Assembly (NCBI GenBank): GCA_001600695.1
Contig: BCKQ01000020.1
Location: forward strand, 41,110-85,930
Length of the DNA stretch: 44,821 nt
Direction: 5' to 3'
DNA from: Ascoidea asiatica JCM 7603
Taxonomy: Eukaryota > Fungi > Ascomycota
Below the pieces are notes generated by a model. That model did no database searches and was not told the DNA's origin. It saw only the letters and a list, made by a program, of their open reading frames with translations. The translations under genes were made by a program, and so were the position numbers. Below are positions 12,130 to 22,386 of this stretch, one piece after another; position 1 is the stretch's first letter; every line of letters begins with the position of its first letter.

Positions 12130-15100
12130 AATCAGTTAAAAACATAACTCCAACAGTTTTTTGCTTATGTGGCTTCGGAAGAATGCTTCTTGTCAACCAA
12201 AGGTTTTGCATCTTCAAAGTTACTGCAATTTAATAGGGAAAATTTAAGAAACCAAAGAGTTATTTTAAGACGCTAGAAGAGCAATCAAATTTTTTTAATT
12301 CAAATAAAGAAACAAATGCTTCCAGAACCTCTTGCTGATTCAACTTTCTCAGTAAATACCGAGAATTATACAGTCTCCTTTCCAAGTTGCATAAATTCTT
12401 TTTGCCCTCCATTAAATGTTTTAGAAGCCAATAATACTCCTTGTTTTGATCTTGATTAAACACTTTCTCTATTAAAGTCATCCATTGATAACCCTGCAGA
12501 AGTAAATGAATCAGATATTGACAACAGTTTATTAGAATTTAATGATGATACATCAAATTTTCATCGAGCATCTCAACCTCAATTTCATATTCCTTACGCG
12601 TCTTCAGATAATTCTTCATTCTCTATTCTTTGAAATGTTTCAGTAACAAATATAGAGAATGGGGATATAAACCCGAATTATGATCAAGAGGCGACTCAAA
12701 GATTACCAACACAAAACTTAAACACTGCTAATGAAAACTTGGAAAACGGAGTTCTGGTAAATGTTCCAGGAAATCTTGTCAATCATGTCTTGAAAGCATA
12801 TCTGACCTATGTCCAAGAATTACCTTCTTCTACAAGGTTTGCTGACGCGAGGTCCGATATTCGTGATTCAACAAGATTGAATAGAAATCCTATTGATATT
12901 CTAGATCTTGACACTTCTAAAAGAAAAAAAAAAATTAAACTACACAATTATTTCTTCTTCAGTTGAGAAAATCTGTTACCAGGATGTATACAATGGAATT
13001 GGAACTTTCAAAAAAGCTTTCTAATATTGACCATTCTCCTTTCCTAAACGACGATACCGGACAATTAGATGATAATATTGGAGAATTAGATGACAATTAT
13101 CGAGAAATGGATGACAATACTTTTGATGCTATAAGTTCTTTTTCTGGAAATACACTACCTAATACTGAAATCCAAATATATAATCAAACTACTTATGATA
13201 TTTCCATAGACTCATATGAGTCAAACGCTTCAATCAATTCAGATTCATATAGTATAGTTATTCAAGAACCTGATTCAGATTCGTGGGAAACAAATTCTTC
13301 CGAAGTAGATCCAGATGTATCAGATTTCGAATCGGTTCTAGAAATCATTCCTGATATAGATAAAATTATTAACGATGCAGATGATGCAAGAAAACTAATT
13401 TTAGAGCTATTCCTGTTACCAAAATTCAAATGCAGCTACCGGTTACTCTTATATTTATTAAAAAAAGGTCATTCTTTAAAGGTTTATGATTTCGCAGGAA
13501 CTTTCGTTTCTGAAAAGTTGGTTCAGAGAAGGAAAATTCATGATTTGATAAAATCAGCTTTAAAATTAAGAGAGGATAAAGAATTAGCTGTTAATTTGTA
13601 TAATTCATTTCAGGAAACTCAAGCTGAATATTACAACGTAAAATTAAACTCTTTAAAAATTCCTCTATCATATTTCGATCCAAAAAACTATGAGCAGCTA
13701 TTATTTAAAAGCGAGGATTTAAAAAATGATTGATGAACGAGAACATAGATATAAACATAAATATTAATAGTTTGAAGGAAGCAAGATTAATATATGGGCT
13801 GAATGTGGATACTCTCTACAGAAAAACCTTTGAATCCTTTAACACGTTCTATGATGCTAGAATGTTCATTGAATATTTTCTAAAAGATGCATTCTTTCAA
13901 AAGAAAGAGACAGACCTATTTCTTTTTAAATCCATTCAAAGCTATAATGTCAATGGGAGAAGTATGGTGAATTATCTGGGACTTCCAACATGGTAAAACC
14001 TTACTTTAAAGATAATCTGAAAAGTATTAGGAATTTGTTTTCTCCTTGATCGTTCATTGGAAATCCAGAATTCGATCAGGTAACCAACATGTTATTTGAC
14101 TAATTGAGAAAGACAGTTGGTGGGTTGAATCAGTTTTCTGTAAACATGACACTTCCTTATTTATTCATGGGATAGCTATCCATATAATAGGAGATCTCCC
14201 GGCACAAGCCAAGATGGGTAATTGCCCTTCAACAGGTACCAATCATCCACGTGCTTTCTGTAATGTAAAGAAAATACGTTTTGAAAGCAATAAATTAACA
14301 TACTTATATCTATTCAAAGAAATAGCTAGAACTAATGAAGATTTTGAAGATTCTTCTATTGAACGAAAATTAAATTATATTTCTTTCCCGTCTCCTCTTA
14401 GCATAGAGCCCGCGCACTTAACTCTCGAGAACTTTTTTTCCCGTTATATCAAGTTACTTCTAACGAAAGGAGGAAAGTACAATATCAAAGAAAGTGCTGA
14501 TATGAATAGGTTTTAAAGATGTCTCAATTAACTATGATAAAAGGTTCAATGAGTCAAGATATACATTAATTAATCCAGTAAACAATTTAAAATATATGGC
14601 TGCAGAGGAAAAATACCAGCAACTTTGTTTTTTTTGCTTTTGTTTATCATTTCTGAGCAAACTGATAAATTAGATTTACACCAATCGTCTGTTTCCGGCA
14701 CTATCATTTTAATACAGTTGCTAACCATTATCTTGGTCCATCTCAGAAATTCCTTGGTTCCAAGATCTCTTAAGGATTTGGTTAAAAGTATAAAAAGTAC
14801 TGCCGTGAACTTATTCAATTCGGGGATTGCTAATCACAAAATGCTTCTACAAACGCGAATGCACTTTCCTTCTCACACCCAACAAGATAGTGAGTATAAA
14901 TGTCTACCTTCAAGGAACTCTAACTTCCAGTTCGAGAGAATTAGGGAGTTGTGGAACAAATTCTGGGTACCTAGTAAAGAACTATTCGAAATATGAAATA
15001 CAAAATTTATGCTGTATGTTTGTTTTGATCTTACATCAAACATTTTACTATTCAAGGTAATTCTGTCTTATTCTTATGGGAAACTCTTTGATTCCAGTCT

Positions 15101-15520
15101 TAACCCTGCTTTATTTAAAATTTTAAAGCTAATGGTTTACGCTATAACTGATTCCAGAGCCACCAAAATATTATTTTTCAAGGGGGCATATCTCAAAAAG
15201 TCTGCCAAGGAAATAAAAATTTCTTTAAAAAAAAATACTGGTGGAATCCCTGTTTATATATCAAAAACAAAAAGATGTGGATTAATTCAGTTTTACTAGG
15301 AATTTGATCTGAGTCACTATGCTTTCATACAGGATATGACAATTAATAAAGATATTTTCGAGAAGACTTTCAATTTGGTAACAATTTTTTCCAAATGGTC
15401 AACTACCAGAAATGAACTAATCAATTTAGATGATATTGGACAAGTTTTTCGAGCTTTGACTCATGATGTTTAACGATATATTCTGAATAGCCATTCCGTA
15501 AGAAGTTTTTTAAGTTAATT
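12130..15520 (+). pseudogene. CACTA/EnSpm (CMC superfamily, Tnp2/TnpD-like) DDE transposase, disrupted by stops and frameshifts
   Basis: Ordered Tnp2-family motifs across ORF fragments: ETDLFLFKS..SMVNYLGLPTW (~13907-13993; cf. TDG..FK....NLP); FDQVTNMLFD*L..G (cf. FL.PLVDEL..L..G); IIGDLPAQAKMG..TG.NHP.AFC (14184-14261; cf. DLPA..K..G......C..C); IEPAHLTLEN (14403; cf. D.MH...EN); MAAEE (cf. KA.EW); MHFPSH...SNFQFER (FER at 14931-14939; cf. H...H...W.F.FER, catalytic Glu). Long acidic N-terminal region 12400-13400. Confidence 0.85.
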
Positions 15521-15720
15521 CTTAGATAGATAACAGACAATAAGAACTTAACATAAAAAATCTTATTTCTGAGCAAAAACTAGAAAGATGTTAATATCAG
15601 TAACAATAAAAATTAACATTTAAAGTATTTATCGATCAAAAAATGAAAATAAAACTTTAAGCATACATTGTATAGATAGTAAATTAAAAAGAAAATTAAT
15701 AAATCCTTTATCAATTTTAA

Positions 15721-16035
15721 CATAATAATCTTTTCAAGAATTAACTATCAGAGCAGGACTTGAGAAGATTAGTATGGAGAAATTCCGCTAAGAATGGTAT
15801 TTATTTCTCAGTGTTCATTAACTATCGTATTTCCAAACTAAAAAGATTAACACGGGAAACGGAACCAAAATGCCGTTACAGTCAAATTGCCATAGTAATC
15901 TTCTGAGCTTTACACTATGTGAAAATTGATCGAAAAGATTAGTATGACAATACTTCATTTTGAACTGTGATAACTTCCCAGACTCAAGATTAGTATGAAG
16001 TCGAAAGATTTTTTAAACTTTAAAAGATTATTATG
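15721..16035. repeat. Cluster of 12-bp motifs AAGATTA(G/T/C)TATG in both orientations (candidate CACTA subterminal repeats)
   Basis: Forward copies at 15765, 15843 (variant), 15935, 15986 and 16024; reverse copies at 15721 and 15891. Followed by TAGTG (reverse complement of CACTA) at 16080-16084. Confidence 0.75.
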
Positions 16036-16089
16036 GAAACAATTAAGAGCTTCTGTTTAAAGAGTTATATATCATGGACTAGTGTTATA

Positions 16090-17105
16090 CAGTCAAAGTC
16101 AAAAAATTTGCATGCGTTTCTATTTTAGAAGCGGATTTCCAATTTTTTGAACTTTTTTTTCTAAAAAAAAAAGTAAATAGAATTACAAATATATACTGAA
16201 AATTGGTAAAAAATATGCAAAACTGTAGCTAAGAAACTGTAGAATAGTAATTGTAAAAAAAATATAAAAATCAAATTAAAATAGCTCTAAAAATTGCAAA
16301 TTAGAAAACAGGACTTATTTCTGTCGCAAAAAAAAGTCCCTTTTGCAATGTTTTAAAGAAAAATCATCCGGAAGCAGTTTGTAGTAATTTTTTAATTATG
16401 CACGGTTCAGAGGTGTTTAGGGAGTATTTCTTCTAAATTTCAGCAAATTCCGAAAAGTCTTTAGGTTTTACTATCATTAAGAGTAAGACCGTATCGAAAA
16501 CATTCCGAAAAATATGTCGATTACTTTTTTTATTTTATGGAACAATAGTAGAATTAGCTTTTAAATACCAGAAAAAAAGACTTTTTGACATCTCCAATCA
16601 TCGGAGATGTCTAAAATATTAAATTCTAGTTTTTATCCGTATCGAAAACAAAGGAAGACGAGAGAAAAAAAATTCCCAAGCATTCTAGGAATGTAATCCC
16701 AGTTGGAAGGATATATGATACCATATTCGAACGAGTTTTTTTTTGGAAATCCTGAAAATTAGGGAGAATATTTTCCTTTAAAATGGGATCATATCCAACA
16801 AAAAAGATTCCCAAAAACTGTTTCCCGATCATTTTTCCTTGAAACATTAAAAAAGGGACTTTTTTTTTGCAACAAAAATAAGTCCTCTTTCCTAATTTGG
16901 AATTCTTAGATCTATTTTAATCTTTTTTTCATATTTTTTTTACAATTGCAATTCTACAGTTTCTTAGCTACAGTTTTGCATATTTTTTATCAATTTTCAG
17001 TATGTATTTGTAATTGTATTTAGATTTTGTTTTAAAAAAAAAGTTCAAACAATTTCATATCCGCTTCTAAAATAGTAACGTATGCAAATTTTTTGACTTT
17101 GACTG
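16090..17105. mobile_element. 1016-bp fold-back MITE, Tc1/mariner/pogo-type ends
   Basis: Perfect 24-bp terminal IR CAGTCAAAGTCAAAAAATTTGCAT flanked by TA on both sides (16088-89, 17106-07). Inverted similarity continues for roughly 350 bp; central hairpin at 16587-16611. Confidence 0.93.
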
Positions 17106-18669
17106 TATAATATTAATATAGTAATCATAAATAATTCAAAATAACTTCAAAAATTGAGAAATTATGAAGAATTTCCAGATAATTAACATAATGTTCACTA
17201 AAATTAGTATAATAATCATAAAACATCCAAATCATTCAAATTAACTTCATACTTTGAATTTCAAAAAAATTAAAAATAGAGGTAGTTTCCTTTTTTTTTA
17301 GTCTAGATCACCGGAAAATCAAAAACTGTCAAAATTTCATTTTTTTTGTCAAGTTACCCAGGATTTAATAAAAAAGGAAATTATAAAACAACACAAAATG
17401 ACATTAGCAAAAAAACAAATACGAATTTGTTCAGCATTGCTAAATTCTGCTGACCTATCAAAGGAAGAGAAACCAGATCCACAATTTGACCTGATTCCAG
17501 TAAATGATTCAGACAATCCAAATCTCAAAATTATCCTAAATGCAACAGAAATTGGTCCTCACGGTGTAACCAGTAATTTAAAAGATCATTTATAAAATCA
17601 AGAGAGTAAGAAAGATAAAAGAGATTATGAAATTCAAGAAGTTATAGAAGTTGAAACAAATAAACATGAAACAGATAGTAAAATAGATGACGTATTTGCA
17701 TATGGGGAAGAAAAAGATACACATGTTACAGAAGAAGGTTCAGATGAAGAAGGTTCAGATGAAGAAGATGCTGATGATAGAGATGATAATACTCTAAGTT
17801 ATAATCCAGAATCTGAGTCTAGTGATGGAGATTTTCTGAAAGAAGATGACGGATGGTTTAGAGACAATGAATAGGGAAAGGATGATTCAAAGTTGGATAA
17901 CGAGCCTGAAGATAAAGATTATACCAAGGCTGAATTGTTTCAAATCGGGCATTATTGCTTCAAAAGATTTAAATTTGTTGATAATAGAAGGTTTTATTTA
18001 GTTAATTGGTGGGACAGGAAGGGAAGATTTTTTTACCCGTTGGCAAATCCCCCTAAAAATTACAAATTTGTTAGAAATGGTAGATTTTCTCACTATCTAT
18101 TCAAAATATATGTTAGAGAAATTTTAGCGTTTGACAGAAAAGAATTAGACGGGAAAAAGATTGACCATGAAGAAATTTTAAGTAAACAGCAAAAACATAA
18201 AATTATAGCAGATATGAATCCACAAGATTGGAAATGTTTTTTAAAGAATGAAGAAATTAGAAGCAAATTTGATCAAATGTTAAGCCCAAAAAAGGAATTC
18301 ATGGAAATAAAAATCAAGGAAGAATTAAAAAACAAATCACATATATTTAAAAACAAAAAAACATTGAATTTAATTGAAGATAATGAGGATAAAATAAGAT
18401 TTCTAAATAAAGATGAATTTGAAAATATTACAGAGAAGATATTCATTCCTAATTATTTGGATTCGTATGATAACACATCTTATTCCAAACACTATAATAA
18501 CCTAAGCTATAATGGCATCACGGATTATTACCGTGTTAAAAATTGGGAAGAAAGCAAACAATTTGATGTACAAAATAAATCAAATACTCCTGAAGAAGAA
18601 GAACAAGATGAATGATTCTAAATCTGAATCTGAATATGAAGGTGATGATGATTATGAAAATATAAAATA

Positions 18670-18880
18670 TCTCAATTATAACAATGAAAATCAAGATTAT
18701 AACAATCACAATCAGGATTATAACAATGACAATAAGGATTATAACAATGAAAAGCTTCATTATAATAATGAGAGTAAAAGATATTACAATTACGATAATG
18801 AAAATCAAGCCTATGATAATGACAATAAAAAATATTACAATTATGATAATCAAAATTGACTTTATAACAATAATAACGTT
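18670..18880 (+). repeat. Degenerate ~21-nt coding tandem repeat (N-x-D-Y-N-N-x)
   Basis: Units like GATTATAACAATGAAAATCAA translate to YNNENQDYNNHNQDYNNDNKDYNNE. Confidence 0.8.
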
Positions 18881-21127
18881 CAAAATCTAGATTTTATTTT
18901 CTTTATGATAAATCAAACCTGAAAGGGAATTTTTATCAACTCAGCTCCCAAAAATAATTTGAAGTAAGCTGAGATCCTTCAATTCAAATACAAACAGAAA
19001 TTGTTGCAATTTAGGCAACCAAAAATATCCATAATTTAGATCAAAATAAAAATCCTAAAACTTTCCAAGACTTATCAAATTCTTTTCGTGAAACTCTTGA
19101 AACTAAGATGATTTAATATCAAAACAATCCTGCGCTTACAAAGGACCAGTGAAACTGAATCTAAATGTTGAAGAACCACAAGAAATATCAAAATCTTTAA
19201 AATCCATGATGTTAAAAACGAAAAAAAACAGCCTTCTTTTTCTGTCAGGTAGTGATTTAGACACGTATGAAAACAAGGATTCAAGATCTATTTTGAAAAA
19301 GTACAAACAAGCTCATGCCGAAAGCGATGAAGTTAATCATTTCTTCTACCCTAATATATTCTGCGACTATATGAAAAATCACTATTTTAGTTTGTTATAT
19401 GGAATTATCAAAGAATTCAAAGAAAATTTTGTTACAGATTTGAATAACCCAGGCAAGTCATTTGCGACATAATTCTTTGTTCGTCTATTTCTATGAAAGA
19501 ACTGGTTATAATAAATTGGTAAGTTTATTTAGTCTAGATGGATTCAATTGTGTTGCATATAAAATGGGTAAACTATTAATATACAATACCAATGAGTTAT
19601 TACTTAGTACAGTATTTTTTTATTGTTGAGTATTACAAATTAGGAATTGAAATATTAGAGGTTGGAAATATGAATTTTCTTGATTATGACTTATTAAAAA
19701 ATCCTCCTTCTCAAAACTATACCTACCTTGCTGAAATATTGATAACAATGATGGATCGAAATGTTGGTCATTTGAAAAAGAATTTTAATTAACAGAATTA
19801 TATCGTAGAAAAATCCAATGCTTCAATAAATCATATTCACGACAAAAATACAGAAGATATGGATGCAAATAAAATTTTGAATAGTGTTGCATTTATTGCA
19901 AATGAATTCATTAATACAGCGGATTATGAATCAACTACAGAAAACTTCCCAATAAGTAACGACGAATATATTAATTTCATCAAAGGGAATAAAAGGAAAA
20001 TCACCTCAAAATTTAATCAAAATTTCTAATTAGAAGAAGATGGCTTTATAGATCATCACAAGGAAGGTAAAAAAAAAATAGTACTCCCACCATAAGAGGT
20101 TATTTGTAAGTTGGTAAAAGAAATTCATATCCAATTGGAAGAAAAATTTCCTTTACCAATTATTAAAAAAAATATTTGCTAAAGGAACCTTTTCTTATTT
20201 CTGCAAAATATTATAAAATTACTGCAGGGTTGTTCACTACAATGATGACAATTTCAAACAAACCATAGATAAGGGATAGAATTTTTGAACAATATCAGGA
20301 ATCAATTGCAAAATACCTTTCACTATTACAAAAATTACCAGATCTCAAATCCAATCGAAAGAATTCAGCTATATCCAAAAAAGAATATCCTTCATTCGAA
20401 TTATATAATTTTTCTGAAGGGAAAACTAAACCATTCTTATCAAATGGTGTTACCAGTTTCTATTCATATAGAAATTACAATTTGAAAGATGGTATCTTGA
20501 TATTAGATGATATTGAAAAAAACAAATTCATAACAAGGATGTAATTCACAATACTGACCTTGAAAATAACCAAGGTTGTATTCCAACATGAAATATTTTG
20601 AAAAACGGCTTGTATAAAGTTTCAAAAGCAATCTCTGCAGGTGCAGATCCAATGCTAAAAGTTAATTTGAATGACAAAAAGAAAATATTAAGAGAACTAA
20701 TTCAGCCAGAATTCTAGAAACTTCAACTTCAGATTGACTATAATTCATCCAATGTAACAAATAAAGTACAGCTGAAAAACTTTAAAACTTCTTTACTAAA
20801 TATCCAGAAGAAATCAATTGAACATGAAGAAGTAATTCATGTTGAAGCATATTTGGGTGAGGCTGACAGATTGGAGTCTGAAAGGAAATTAAGAATAGCA
20901 AACGAACAACAATGGATAGTTTTGATGGAAGCTAAGAAAAAGATTTAGGCCAAACCAAAAAAAAGAATTTTTTGAAAGACAAAGTAAAAGTATCCCACAT
21001 CCGAGCAAAAGAAGAAAACCCCAACTTTCAAAGAATTAGGAAGTCAAACAAAATTATCAAGAAGCTTCAACAGTTTCAAAAAGAAGAAGCAACACAAAAC
21101 CTGTTTAAGAAGAAAAGGAAGATCCCG

Positions 21128-21148
21128 AAGAAGAAGAAGAAGAAGAAG

Positions 21149-21180
<32 letters not shown>

Positions 21181-21194
21181 GAAGAAGAAGAAGA
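21128..21194 (+). repeat. (GAA)n microsatellite, poly-Glu in the pseudogene frame
   Basis: Pure GAA run with one GTA; the flanking frame reads EEKEDP-E(n)-DPEEYEKEYEGEQDPEEDEE. Confidence 0.95.
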
Positions 21195-22386
21195 TCCAGA
21201 AGAATATGAAAAAGAATATGAAGGTGAACAAGATCCAGAAGAAGATGAAGAAGAATAAGAAGGAGAACAAGAACAAAATAATTATGAAAATTTAAAAAAA
21301 AAAAAATTCAAATTCAAACCAAAGCAAGCTATGAAGAAGCCAAATAAATCCAATTCAAATTTTAAAGCATCTTCCATTCTATAAACTTCATATAATAATA
21401 AATCAAAATCTCATAATCAAAAGGAAAAAGGAAGAACAAATTGAAAAACTGTCGTTTATGAAGTTGCAGACAGTTCTTCTGGAGATGATCACACTAATTT
21501 TAACGATAGTGACGATGCTTCCTTGAAAGAAACCGATTTTGATCTTATTGAATCAATTACTAGACCAAATACCAAATAAAAACCTAAAGTTATTCCCAAA
21601 TCAGTTACTAAAGCTACTCCTAAATCAAACAAAAAATCAATTACTAAAGCAAATGCAAAAGGACATACAAAAGAAAATACAACAGGAAATACAAAAGCAA
21701 ATACAAAAACCAATAAAAAAAAGTAAGATGAAATCCAAGGTGTTCAATAATGAAAGGTTTTAAACTAATATAAAAACGTTCGTTTTCGAACATTCAAACT
21801 TTTCTCAATTTAGTTTTATGTTACCAATGGTCCATGTAGATTAAAAAGTATTTTATAAAAATAGCTAAGAGATTTTTACCTTTTCTGATCCTTTTCAATT
21901 TTGTTTATCTGATTTATTTCATTTGAGCAATTCGAACTTATTTTTAATAATTTTACGTTTTGTTGAACTTCATTTAACATATTTTGACCTATTGTAACAT
22001 ATAATAAATAATTTGAATGGCTTTGTTTTTGATTTAGTTTATTTTCGTCTATTTTAAATGATTTTAATTCTTTTTAATTAAGTGAGATTCCAATTTAATT
22101 AGGTGTAATTGTTTCTGACTTATTGCAATTCTGTTCATTTTGTTTCTAGATTTTTTGAGCTGCTGATTATGGCAATCTTGCTCAGCATTTGAATTTTAAT
22201 ATCATTTATTTATGAACTTGATGTGCCAGTTAAATAAATAGACAGTTCTCAATTTTTCAAATAAATATCACTTTGCTACCTTTTATCAAATAAAAGTCAA
22301 AAATATTACAATAGATAATGTTCATTATATTTAGGCTAAATTAGTTTTTGTGAAAGTTCAGATTTCCGTCGCGTATTAAGAAGCTC

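Larger units (their letters stand above)
17398..21726 (+). pseudogene. Decayed giant ORF (~1400 codons) of unknown function
   Basis: ATG at 17398 in AAAATG context; one frame runs 17398-18615 with only two stops (17593, 17872). Coding-like frames continue through ORF fragments 18512, 19149 and 19592 to a poly-Glu tract and a K/T/A-rich tail ending TAA at 21724-21726. Confidence 0.75.

Noticed and set aside
16090-17105. RIP-like C-to-T hypermutation of repeats
   Set aside because: Differences between MITE arms and between LTR copies include many transversions; no clear transition-only pattern by eye.
18536-18890. Ile-rich hydrophobic ORFs (also 21076..21276, 21489..21713 and poly-Lys 20972..21181)
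   Set aside because: Off-frame or antisense translations of low-complexity repeats in the giant pseudogene.
17398-21726. Stop-codon reassignment or read-through (many in-frame TAA/TAG in coding-like frames)
   Set aside because: All three stop types and several frameshifts occur, and the intact genes (GIT1, J-protein) end in TAA with no internal stops; ordinary pseudogene decay explains it.
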